From: Synechococcus elongatus PCC 6301
GTDB taxonomy: Bacteria > Cyanobacteriota > Cyanobacteriia > Synechococcales > Synechococcaceae
DNA length: 32,000 nt
Assembly (NCBI RefSeq): GCF_000010065.1
Contig: NC_006576.1
Location: forward strand, 450,001 to 482,000
Direction of reading: 5' to 3'
Positions within the stretch are counted from its first letter, which is position 1. Every line of letters begins with the position of its first letter. Of this stretch, positions 17,431 to 26,471 are shown one piece after another. The position numbers were made by a program, and so were the translations under genes. The notes under the pieces are model-generated. The model did no database searches and was not told where the DNA came from. It worked only from the letters and a program-made list of their open reading frames with translations.

Positions 17431-19134
17431 ATGAACGTCAGCGATCAATTAATTAACTGCTATCTAGAAATTGAGAGAAACTACTTAAATGGTCATTTGG
17501 AAGCAGCAGAAGAATTATCAGATCAGCTAGTCAAACAACAACCCCAAAATCCTCATTTAAGACTTCTGAGAGGTCACATATACTATAGCCTTGGTGAATT
17601 AAAAAAGGCCCGATATGAATATGAGTTGACTAGGGGGTTGACTGCCGATGAAGATTTGATTGAACAGTCACTTAACGGCTTAGAGCGATGCGATAGTCTT
17701 CATCCTGACAGAGCTGCTAGCTCAAGCGATGCAACCATTATTTTTCCCCGTCATGCAGTCATTGCTGCTTCCAGTCTTGAGCAGTCTTTCTTAAAGAACC
17801 GGGTTGAGGAGGAGACTAGGGATTATCAGCTGACAACTCAAAATGCTGATGAACCGTCTTTGTCTAGTTTTTCTACTCCTACTTCTGATACTGCCAGTGT
17901 AATTCAAGTGGTCAGTGATGATGAGATTCCAGAAGATTTACATCTCTTGCAGGCTGATGAGTTTCTTCCCCCTGTTAACCATTGGTTTCAAATTGCAGGT
18001 ATCAGCTTAGTTCTGGGATTCATTGGGACAATTATTCTTACTTCATTTCTTAAGTATAAAGTCGTTGTTAAGGCACCTGCTCTAATTCGTCCGATTGGGG
18101 AAACACGGCTAGTTCAAGCCGCTGTTGAAGGTAAAGTCCGTCAGATTGCTGTTCGTTCTAACCAAGAAGTCCAGCAAGGTGATCCAATTATTGTTATTGA
18201 TGACTCGCAGCAAATTACCAAGCGAGACCAACTGATTGACAGTATTGCTAAAAATCAACTTAAACTTCAGCAGATTGAGTCTCAAAAAGCTGCGATCGCA
18301 GAGGAAATGCTAGCTGAATCCAATAAAGTAGCGCGGGGCATTGATGTGAATCAAGCTGATATTCAAACGGCAGAGGCTAACTTGGCGCTCGCAGCAGATG
18401 AATATTCTCGCTATCAAACTCTCTCTAATGCTGGGGCGATCGCTGATCTCTTAGTGCAAGAGAAGCTAGCCAGTTTTCGGGTAGCACAAGCCAATTTGAG
18501 CCGCGCGCGCGAGCTAACAGCTCAGACTGAGGAACAGGGTTTAGCCACCCAAGCAAGACTCCGACAGATGCAAGACCAGCTAGCTCAACAAGAATCGGAA
18601 ACGCTACAACAGATCAAAGTGGAGCAAAAAGAACTCCAACAAATGAATATCAACCTAGCAAATACTGTTGTTCGTGCCCCAATTTCTGGGATTATTCAGT
18701 CCATTAACCTGCGCAATCCTGATCAAGTAGTCGGCGTTGGCCAGGAAGTTGCCCGCATTTTTCCAACTCAGAGTGGCTTGACGATTAAAGCATTGGTTCC
18801 TTCACAGAACATTTTGCCCGTCGCACTAGGACAACGTGTGCAACTCCGGATTGCCGCCTGCCCCTATCCGGACTTTGGCACCCTTGATGGCAAAGTCCAG
18901 GCGATCGCACCCGATTCCGGCGGTTCATCTAGTTCGGCAGCACAGACCAATGAACCCGTTGCCGCGAATAGTCAAGCCTATGAAGTGACGATCAAGCCTG
19001 AAGATCGTTCTCTAACTGATGGTCAACGGGTTTGTAAAATCCGTCCTGGGATGGATGCCGAAGCCGACATTATTACCAATGAAGAGACGGTACTCAAATT
19101 TATGCTGAGGAAGGCTCGTTTGCTATGGCGATAA
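17431..19134 (+). CDS. HlyD-family membrane fusion protein with N-terminal TPR-like extension
   Basis: GGAGG SD before the ATG; TM segment at about residue 186-208, VVVKAPALIRPIGETRLVQAAVEGKVRQIAV, coiled coil, VRAPISGIIQSINLRNPDQVVGVGQEVARIFP lipoyl-like segment; N-terminal YLNGHLEAAEELSDQLVKQQPQNPHLRLLRGHIYYSLGELKKARYEYE. Confidence 0.9.
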   Translation: MNVSDQLINCYLEIERNYLNGHLEAAEELSDQLVKQQPQNPHLRLLRGHIYYSLGELKKARYEYELTRGLTADEDLIEQSLNGLERCDSLHPDRAASSSDATIIFPRHAVIAASSLEQSFLKNRVEEETRDYQLTTQNADEPSLSSFSTPTSDTASVIQVVSDDEIPEDLHLLQADEFLPPVNHWFQIAGISLVLGFIGTIILTSFLKYKVVVKAPALIRPIGETRLVQAAVEGKVRQIAVRSNQEVQQGDPIIVIDDSQQITKRDQLIDSIAKNQLKLQQIESQKAAIAEEMLAESNKVARGIDVNQADIQTAEANLALAADEYSRYQTLSNAGAIADLLVQEKLASFRVAQANLSRARELTAQTEEQGLATQARLRQMQDQLAQQESETLQQIKVEQKELQQMNINLANTVVRAPISGIIQSINLRNPDQVVGVGQEVARIFPTQSGLTIKALVPSQNILPVALGQRVQLRIAACPYPDFGTLDGKVQAIAPDSGGSSSSAAQTNEPVAANSQAYEVTIKPEDRSLTDGQRVCKIRPGMDAEADIITNEETVLKFMLRKARLLWR

Positions 19135-19171
19135 TTGGCTTCAATTTCTTGAATCAATTATTGAAGCCAAT
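19134..19171. terminator. Inverted repeat between convergent hlyD-like and ftrV genes; possible bidirectional terminator
   Basis: ATTGGCTTCAAT (19134-19145) and ATTGAAGCCAAT (19160-19171), perfect 12-bp arms, starting in the last base of the TAA stop; no strong T run on either strand. Confidence 0.5.
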
Positions 19172-19184
19172 CAAAAATACATAT

Positions 19185-19406
19185 TTAGATGACCTCTAGC
19201 TCGAAGTCACGTAAATGTGCACGAAACTTATTGGAAAAGCTCACGAGATAGGGAAAGTTTGCACTAATGGGCTTACCATTCCACTCAGTTAGAATCGCTG
19301 CAATTTCGCCTTCCGCGTCTTTTAAGTCAAAGGCTTGATTTCGATGATCAGGATGGTGATACACCACCACTGATTCTTTGACTCGCACGCGATCGCCAAC
19401 GTTCAT
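19185..19406 (-). CDS. ftrV: Ferredoxin-thioredoxin reductase variable chain
   Basis: 73-aa MNVGDRVRVKESVVVYHHPDHRNQAFDLKDAEGEIAAILTEW...YLVSFSNKFRAHLRDFELEVI, strongly matching the FTR variable subunit. Confidence 0.93.
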   Translation of the reverse strand: MNVGDRVRVKESVVVYHHPDHRNQAFDLKDAEGEIAAILTEWNGKPISANFPYLVSFSNKFRAHLRDFELEVI

Positions 19407-19544
19407 AACAGCTTAATGAGGCAGAGACGACAACACAGCTTGAGGCCCAGAGACCTGAGCACTGCTAGAAGCAACCTCTATCTTCCCATAGTCTCTGAGC
19501 TTGCTAGCAGAGAGCCATCATTCTGAGGAGCAGGGCCCAAGACT

Positions 19545-21359
19545 TTAACGATCGCTGGGCCCGACTGGAACACCTAGGTTGGGAGTTGGCTGCGTTGGAG
19601 CCGGGACAATCAAGCCAATGCCAGCACCTAAAAGCATGGCAAGGGCTATCGCCCCCAGCCAAGTTCGCCAAGAGAGATTGAAGCTAGGTTCAACCGCTCG
19701 ATCCACGATCTCAGGAGCTACTACTGTGTCCGCAGGCTTAGGTTCCTGAACGGTGGCGGTGGCGAGTGGCAGCTCCAATGGTGGCGACACAACTGGACTG
19801 ATTAGGCTCGGTGCGACCTCCGTCAGTTGGCAACAGAATGCTGCCACTGAAATATTGTCGTGTCCGGTCAGCTGGCGGGCGCGATCGATCCAGCGCTGGC
19901 CCCAGTCGGCCAACGATAATTCCCCTCGGAGCACAGCACCCACATCTACATGGCCAAGGGTCTCAACCAGACCGTAGTCACTCAGACCATCTGAGCAGAG
20001 CAGCAAAATGCCTGGCTCGAGGACGCGAAAGGATTGAACAGGGATCTGCAGTCCCGTCGAAGCCATCACCCCCATCGCCTGGGAGAGGGCAGCCCCTTGC
20101 GTTAAGCGCAGGGCCGAACGATAGGCTAGAAAGCCCTGAGTCACTGTCTGAGTAGCGACATCGTGGTCAAGGGTGAGTCGCTCTGTCAGGTGGGGAGTCA
20201 ACCAATAGGCGCGGCTATCCCCAATGTGGGCGATTGTCAGCTCGGGCTGGGGTCCTGGTGTTTTCAAAGCCAGAACGAGGGTTGTCCCCATGCGGGCTAA
20301 GACTTCTGCATCTTGTTGGTTGCGGCTGGCGATCAGATCGTTAATGATCCGCAGGCTGATGCGCAGTTGCTCAGCCAGGCTCTCCACAGGTCGTTCGGGC
20401 GCTTGACGATGCTCCAATAGCTGCGGGACTTGGAGTTTAAGACCAGCGATCGCAGTTTGGCTGGCTACTTCCCCACCCACATGACCACCGAGACCATCAC
20501 AGACCGCAATCCAATCTGGCTGTGGTGATTCGGCAAGGTCGGTTGCTAGGGGATAGCAACTGTCTTCGTTATCGCCGCCGCGCCAGCCGGGGTCAGTCAG
20601 GGCGATGGCCTCTACTGTCAAAGACTGCTGCTGGCTGTAGTGCTGCCACGCCTGCCGGAGGATGGCCTGACTCTCGGCTAAATCAGCCTCTGGGGTTTGG
20701 AGGCGCTGCACCATTGGGGCGATCGCAGCGGCAGCCTCGGGATGCAACAGCGGCAAGAGGCTCTTGAGGACCTGTCCCAAACGGCGCAAACTGGCTGGCT
20801 CAGTCTCTTGGGGATTAGCTATCCCCAGTGGATTCTCATGGTCGTCCAGCAACTCCAGCAGGCGCAACTCACCCGCACAAACGCGGATATTCATCAATTT
20901 CAGGACACTACTAGCCACGCCTTGGCAGATCAGGGGCTCCCACAACAGCAGGATCTGCTCAATCCAGTGAATTTGGAGGGCCGTTGAAGCTGTCTTAAGC
21001 GCATTGACAAGACTGGGCCAGAGATGACCTTCGCGATTGAGGGGAACGCGCTCGAGCAGAATTGCTGTTTCACCATCCTCTAAGGGCACCAGCGCATAGA
21101 GAGTGGGTAGGTGCCGCTGGTGCTCAAACAGCCAGAGGTAGGGTTGCAGAGATTCCGGTAGATGCTCTGGGAGCTGAGGCGGGCGATCAGGATCCAGATC
21201 AAACCAAATTTGGGGCGCTACAACTTGATAGCGATCGCTCACCCTCGTTCCTGGGGGCACCTGTGCTGCAGCGGCTCCACTGACCCAAAGAAACCGATTG
21301 GCAAGTGGCTCAACTTGACGCGGCAACGTATAGTGCTCTGCGAGAAAATTCTGGGTCAT
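19545..21359 (-). CDS. PP2C-type serine/threonine phosphatase with N-terminal extension and C-terminal TM segment
   Basis: GDNEDSCYPL, VCDGLGGHVGGEVAS, LTIAHIGDSRAYWL, LLLCSDGLSDYG, GHDNISVAAF motifs; C-terminal LGAIALAMLLGAGIGLIVP. Confidence 0.9.
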   Translation of the reverse strand: MTQNFLAEHYTLPRQVEPLANRFLWVSGAAAAQVPPGTRVSDRYQVVAPQIWFDLDPDRPPQLPEHLPESLQPYLWLFEHQRHLPTLYALVPLEDGETAILLERVPLNREGHLWPSLVNALKTASTALQIHWIEQILLLWEPLICQGVASSVLKLMNIRVCAGELRLLELLDDHENPLGIANPQETEPASLRRLGQVLKSLLPLLHPEAAAAIAPMVQRLQTPEADLAESQAILRQAWQHYSQQQSLTVEAIALTDPGWRGGDNEDSCYPLATDLAESPQPDWIAVCDGLGGHVGGEVASQTAIAGLKLQVPQLLEHRQAPERPVESLAEQLRISLRIINDLIASRNQQDAEVLARMGTTLVLALKTPGPQPELTIAHIGDSRAYWLTPHLTERLTLDHDVATQTVTQGFLAYRSALRLTQGAALSQAMGVMASTGLQIPVQSFRVLEPGILLLCSDGLSDYGLVETLGHVDVGAVLRGELSLADWGQRWIDRARQLTGHDNISVAAFCCQLTEVAPSLISPVVSPPLELPLATATVQEPKPADTVVAPEIVDRAVEPSFNLSWRTWLGAIALAMLLGAGIGLIVPAPTQPTPNLGVPVGPSDR

Positions 21360-21415
21360 GAACGGCGGCGGGCCGAGGAGCTGGATTCACTGTAGCAGGC
21401 TCGTTCAAGGCTGTT

Positions 21416-22264
21416 TTAGGAAGGGCGATCGCGACTACAAAAGGATTCTGGCCCGCGATCAATCACCTGGCCACCCAAGTCCTGGCAAGCACGTTGCCAA
21501 GCCTCATAGTCAGGCAATCCCTGGGCTAAATATTGCCGGAAACGAGGCTCTAACTCTGCCTCACCGACCGTTTCAGCGATCGCCGTGCCATCTTCAGCCA
21601 CAGCAGCGGCATTGGGACGTTGCTGCGCCAGTTGCTGGATGGATTGCTGGGCCTGCTGGCGCAGAGATTGGGCCTGAGGTTGCCAGTAGGGATGATCACT
21701 CAGTGCAAGGAGAGCACGATCGACATCCCACCAACGAGCTTGGCTGAGGGCCGCCTGGGCTTGGGCGATCGCCTGACTGTCCTGTTGCCACTGCTGCTGC
21801 CACTGGGCCAAAAGAGCAGAAGCGGTTGGGGTCAGGGGGGTTCCCTCTGGCAGAGACTTCAGCAGTTGTTGGGCAGCTGACCAGTTGCCTGCTAGGAACT
21901 GTTGCTCCGCTTCGGTGCGCACTCGTTCGCTCCATTGTTGCGCCGCAGCTTGAGCCTTGGGCGCTTGGCGATCGCTCGTAGGAATCAGTAAGACTAGTTG
22001 CAGGGCTTGAGGGTATTGACCGGCAGCCGCTAGCTGTTGCGATCGTTGCCAACGACAGTTGTTGAGTAAGGGCTGAAGGGTTTGGCTATGTTCGAGGGGG
22101 GCCAGTTGTTGAAGACAGGACTCAAAGTTGCCTGCCACCAGCGCTTGTCGAGCCGCAGATAGGGCACGTTGCTGCTGCCACTGTTGCCAACCCCACCCAG
22201 CAGCTGGAACTGCGATCGCTACAGCAATCAGGCCTATTTGCCAGCGGTACCGAGAAATCGCCAT
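21416..22264 (-). CDS. Hypothetical membrane-anchored protein, Gln/Ala-rich helical repeats
   Basis: ORF 21416..22315; internal ATG at 22264 gives MAISRYRWQIGLIAVAIAVPAAGWGW, a clear signal-anchor. Confidence 0.7.
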   Translation of the reverse strand: MAISRYRWQIGLIAVAIAVPAAGWGWQQWQQQRALSAARQALVAGNFESCLQQLAPLEHSQTLQPLLNNCRWQRSQQLAAAGQYPQALQLVLLIPTSDRQAPKAQAAAQQWSERVRTEAEQQFLAGNWSAAQQLLKSLPEGTPLTPTASALLAQWQQQWQQDSQAIAQAQAALSQARWWDVDRALLALSDHPYWQPQAQSLRQQAQQSIQQLAQQRPNAAAVAEDGTAIAETVGEAELEPRFRQYLAQGLPDYEAWQRACQDLGGQVIDRGPESFCSRDRPS

Positions 22265-22366
22265 GGTCTTGCTACGCAGATTGCCCACAGGCAGCTTAGC
22301 GAGTTCTGAAGCCAATCTGAGCGCTGTCGATCGGGATTGCTATCGGTCTGTACGAGCTATCTCAGA

Positions 22367-23455
22367 TCAAACAATGGCAAGACTGGTGAGGTCGCCCTGA
22401 AAACCGGTGATTTCAATCAGGAGATCACGCTCAGCTTGAAACCCAGCTAAGTCATCATTGAAAGCCACAAAAGTTCGCTGCTCGATTTGAAAGGTTGCCG
22501 CACCATTGGCCATGAAACGATCAGGCGTCAGCACCGCCACGAGTGACTCTGGGTCGAGGCTGCTCACTGTACCCACGTTACTGATTTCTGTCGCACTGAC
22601 AGAATTAGGGCCAACCAAGCGATCGCTGCCGATTTGAAAGTCGGTTATCTGATCAAAACCTGATAGTTGTGAATCTGCGATCGCTCGGTAGAGAAACTGA
22701 TCTTGCCCTGCTCCACCAGTCAATGTATCCGCGCCGAGTTCCCCAATTAGATTGTCATCCCCATTTCCAGCAGTTAGCAAATCGTTGCCGTTAGTACCGA
22801 TCAGCGTAAAAGCCTCGCTACTACTGAGCTGGTTATCATCATTACCCTTGACGATAGACCGTGCTTCACTGATCGCGATCGCGGTAGCTGGGGAACCGGA
22901 ACTCACTACAACCTGCTGAGCGATCGCAGTGACTTGAAGAGCGTTGGGCAAACTCGAATCATCACCAGTCACTTGAGCAAGCAAGGCTTGCACGGTTGGC
23001 AAAGCGATTGGGTTTTTAGAGAAGTCATAAGCTTCAATTTCCTCAAGGCTATCTAGTGATCTGGTGAATAGATCAGCCACTAGAACTTTATTGAGAAAAG
23101 TCTGAGCATCTCGGCTGCCCTCTTCAATCCCCTCAACAATCGCGATCGCTAAATTGGCTAAGCTGAGCCGGCCAGATTCCAACTCTTTGACATAGAAATC
23201 TTGACCGATGGGATCAGCGTCGCGGTTCAGAATTGTTTGGAAGAGCGTATTGACAGCCTCAGCGGCAGACAAAGAGCTGAATCGCAAGAAAGACTCTACT
23301 GACTCACCAAAGGCTTCAGCGATCGCCCCGTAGTTAAGGGTGCTGAGATTGTCCTGAACGATCACATCCCAAAATTTTTGACCTGCAGGATCTGCTGGCC
23401 GACCATAAAAAGCAACATAGAGCTGCTGAGCAGAAGTAATCTTCAGATTAGCCAT
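22367..23455 (-). CDS. DUF4214 plus RTX-type calcium-binding repeat protein, putative surface/secreted
   Basis: LYVAFYGRPADPAGQKFW...TILNRDADPIGQDFYV (DUF4214-like), GTNGNDLLTAGNGDDNLIGELGADTLTGGAGQDQFLY (RTX repeats), C-terminal RTFVAFNDDLAGFQAERDLLIEITGFQGDLTSLAIV. Confidence 0.85.
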   Translation of the reverse strand: MANLKITSAQQLYVAFYGRPADPAGQKFWDVIVQDNLSTLNYGAIAEAFGESVESFLRFSSLSAAEAVNTLFQTILNRDADPIGQDFYVKELESGRLSLANLAIAIVEGIEEGSRDAQTFLNKVLVADLFTRSLDSLEEIEAYDFSKNPIALPTVQALLAQVTGDDSSLPNALQVTAIAQQVVVSSGSPATAIAISEARSIVKGNDDNQLSSSEAFTLIGTNGNDLLTAGNGDDNLIGELGADTLTGGAGQDQFLYRAIADSQLSGFDQITDFQIGSDRLVGPNSVSATEISNVGTVSSLDPESLVAVLTPDRFMANGAATFQIEQRTFVAFNDDLAGFQAERDLLIEITGFQGDLTSLAIV

Positions 23456-23961
23456 AATATTTAACTCTCAGAGACTTAAACTTAGAAGAGTCTGGAGACT
23501 AGCCCAGAAATAATAAGGCTGGAAATTTTTGGCCGCCTAAATCAATTAAATCCTGTACTTATTGCCAGACTCTAGATCACGACCTCTAGGTTTATTTAGT
23601 CACTATTGTTACTTTGGGATAGCTTTTTGAGAAGGTGCAATTTAAGATTAATTTACTGCAACTTTATTGTGCGTTAAATTAATAGTATTAGAGACTAGCT
23701 ATGATAATAGCCTAAATCAATTTCAGAGATTCTTGGTCAAGATATCCAAAAGATTAGTCAGCAGAATTTACAACCTAGATAGCCCAATCATCCCAAAATT
23801 AAAGATTAGACGTAGAGCGTCAATCCCAATTTAGCGAAACGTCTTTGTTAGATGCTGATCGAGCTCCTGATTTTAGCCTCTATAGAACAACCCGCAGTGC
23901 ATGAGCTAGACGTCATGAACTACGGGTCGATATCTAACATTGCAACGGTTGCTCAGGTTAT

Positions 23962-25431
23962 CTAGCGGCCACCCACAGTGATGGCATCAACCTTGAGGTG
24001 GGGCTGGCCCACCGTCACGTAGACGCTGCCGCTGACTGAGCCGCAGAAGCCCGGTGCGAGACCAAGATCGTTCGAGCACATGGAAATGCGCTGCATGATC
24101 TCGGTTGCCTCACCAATCAAAGTTGCACCCTTCAGCGGCTTTGTGATGCGCCCATTCTCAATCAAATAAGCTTCATCAACGGCAAAGTTAAACTGACCCG
24201 TTGCGCCAACACTACCGCCACCCATCTTCTTGCAGTAGATGCCGCGATCGATTGATCCCAAGAGATCCTCAAAGCGATGAGGTCCCGGGGCAATGTAGGT
24301 GTTGCGCATCCGCGAAGCCGCTGCGTAGGTGTAGTTACTCCGGCGACCACTGCCAGTTCGGGGTTGGCCTGTCCGCAGTTCCCCCGCGCGATCAGCGATG
24401 AAGTTTTTGAGGATGCCATTTTCGATCAGCAAGGTGCGCTGCACCGGCATGCCTTCGTCATCCATGTCAAGGGTGCCAAAGGCATCGGGCGACAGGCCCT
24501 CATCCCAGGCTGTGACACTGCTGTGCGCGATCGCTTCTCCTTTCTTGTCTTTGAACGGGGTGGTACCGCGCTCAATTTGCGTGGTTTCCAGCAAGTGTCC
24601 ACAGGCTTCGTGGAAAATCACGCCACCAAACTGGTTTGCCAGAATCACCGGATAGGTGCCTGACTCTACAAAATCGGCGTAGAGCATTTGGCCCGCCGAC
24701 TCTGCGACTTCAGCGGCATCCGCTTCAGAATCCCACGATCGCAAAAAGTCAGGATTGCTCGTGTCTCCCACCCGTTTGCCAATCGAGGCACGGTAGCTGC
24801 CATCCGCACAAAGTAGGTTGTAGCCCACGGATTGAGTGAGGCGAATATCTCGCGCAAAGGTCCCATCACTGGCTGCAACCAACACCTCTTGCCAGTCACG
24901 AAAATAGGCGGCCCGGCGAGACTGCGCATGCTTCGCCTGTCGTTGCAGGCGATCGCTCGCGGACAGCAACAGATCACCCATCTCCGCCATGGAGCTACAG
25001 CGGCTTAGCCACTGATCTTTTTGGCGCAGTTGGCCATAGTCGCGCAGCGGTTCCAGATTGACCGGTGGGACAAGGGATTGCGCACTGGGTAATTGCAGGC
25101 CGAGGATCCCTAAAGCTTGTTCGAGCGATCGCTTCAGCCCCTCATAGGACAAGTCATTGGTGCTGACATAGCAATCCGTGGTACCTCGAAACACCCGCAC
25201 CCCTGCACCACTCGCTAGCCGTGGTGACAGGCTGGTCACTGCATCCTCTTCGACTAGGCAGCTAATGTACTGAACGCGCTCGAGGAAAAACTCGACAAAG
25301 CCTGCGCCGGCAGCCCGTCCAAGTCCTAGCAGTTGTGCCAGTGCCGGCGTCCAGCTGCTATCAAAACGCTGGCGATCGCCGGCCGCCAGATCAGCAGCCA
25401 ACGTTAGGGAAAGGGGCGGTGCAACAACCAT
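23962..25431 (-). CDS. tldD: TldD/PmbA family metalloprotease
   Basis: [73 protein letters not shown]; start probably the ATG at 25431 (ORF open to 25440). Confidence 0.9.
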   Translation of the reverse strand: MVVAPPLSLTLAADLAAGDRQRFDSSWTPALAQLLGLGRAAGAGFVEFFLERVQYISCLVEEDAVTSLSPRLASGAGVRVFRGTTDCYVSTNDLSYEGLKRSLEQALGILGLQLPSAQSLVPPVNLEPLRDYGQLRQKDQWLSRCSSMAEMGDLLLSASDRLQRQAKHAQSRRAAYFRDWQEVLVAASDGTFARDIRLTQSVGYNLLCADGSYRASIGKRVGDTSNPDFLRSWDSEADAAEVAESAGQMLYADFVESGTYPVILANQFGGVIFHEACGHLLETTQIERGTTPFKDKKGEAIAHSSVTAWDEGLSPDAFGTLDMDDEGMPVQRTLLIENGILKNFIADRAGELRTGQPRTGSGRRSNYTYAAASRMRNTYIAPGPHRFEDLLGSIDRGIYCKKMGGGSVGATGQFNFAVDEAYLIENGRITKPLKGATLIGEATEIMQRISMCSNDLGLAPGFCGSVSGSVYVTVGQPHLKVDAITVGGR

Positions 25432-25580
25432 GGCAAGCACAAGACTCTAACTTCCGTTCAGTCTAACAACGACTCTTGCTTGGCCTAGAGGGACAGTTTG
25501 ACGAGGGACTCGCACGGCTCTGTTGAAAGGGAGGAGCCTGCGATAATCAAGCGACGTGACTGTCTCCCTGTCGCAAATTT

Positions 25581-26414
25581 ATGGTTTCCCGTCGCTCTTC
25601 AGTTCTTCCTTTCCAGCGCTGGTTAGGAGCACAGCGACGGCAGCGCCTCCGACTGTGGCTGACCCTCGTGCGGCGAGAACTCGAAGCTCAGTACCAAGGA
25701 TCTGTGCTGGGTAATGCTTGGCCTCTACTCAATCAGCTTTCGCAGCTGTTGATTTACACTTATATCTTCTCGATGATTCTCAAAACCCGTCCTGCTCTGG
25801 CCAGCCTTGGCGATAGCACTATGGGCTATGGTCTTTGGCTTTTCTCTGGCCTGCTGCCGTGGATTGCCTTTACGAATGGCTTTAGTCGAGCTGCGACTGC
25901 GGTAATCCGTCAGCCCAATCTCGTCAAAAAGGTGGTCTTCCCCCTAGGACTTTTGCCCCTTGTTGACCCAGGGGTCGCTTTGGTCGAAAGTGCGTTTGGC
26001 ACCCTAGTCTTGCTGGCCGCGACAGCGATCGCTGGGGTGAATCTGCAAGGGGCGCTCTGGTTGCCCCTCCTCTGGCTGCCCCAATTTCTGCTGACGGCTG
26101 GTTTGGCTTATCTGCTAGCAGGGTTGACCGTCTACCTGCGAGATATCCCTCAAATTGTCGGTGTTTCGCTCAATCTCTGGTTCTATCTGACACCGATCGT
26201 CTACCCCTTGACCCTCATCCCAGAACCTTTACGAGGCTGGTTGCTGACACTCAACCCCATGGCGCAGTTGGTGGAGCTCTATCGTTCTACCCTGTTTGAG
26301 CAGCAATTTCAAAGTGAATTGTGGTTCCAGTTCACCGCGATCGCGCTCGTGCTGTTTTGGGCCGGTCGGCGCTGTTTCCAGCGCCTGCAACCGGGATTTT
26401 CCGACATTCTCTAG
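25581..26414 (+). CDS. wzm: ABC-2 type transporter permease, O-antigen/polysaccharide export (Wzm-like)
   Basis: VRRELEAQYQGSVLGNAWPLLNQLSQLLIYTYIFSMIL, IVGVSLNLWFYLTPIVYPLTLIPEPLRGWLLTLNPMAQLVELYRSTLF. Confidence 0.88.
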   Translation: MVSRRSSVLPFQRWLGAQRRQRLRLWLTLVRRELEAQYQGSVLGNAWPLLNQLSQLLIYTYIFSMILKTRPALASLGDSTMGYGLWLFSGLLPWIAFTNGFSRAATAVIRQPNLVKKVVFPLGLLPLVDPGVALVESAFGTLVLLAATAIAGVNLQGALWLPLLWLPQFLLTAGLAYLLAGLTVYLRDIPQIVGVSLNLWFYLTPIVYPLTLIPEPLRGWLLTLNPMAQLVELYRSTLFEQQFQSELWFQFTAIALVLFWAGRRCFQRLQPGFSDIL

Positions 26415-26471
26415 GGGCGGAGAGGGACAGCTGAGTCCTCGTCAATCACTTTGGCAGCGATCGCACCAGAT

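Noticed and set aside
23456-23961. Possible hidden small gene in the 500-bp gap between the RTX-type gene and tldD (for example a 41-aa ORF near 23851)
   Set aside because: Only short ORFs without convincing SD or leader motifs; more likely a 5' regulatory region of the RTX-type gene.
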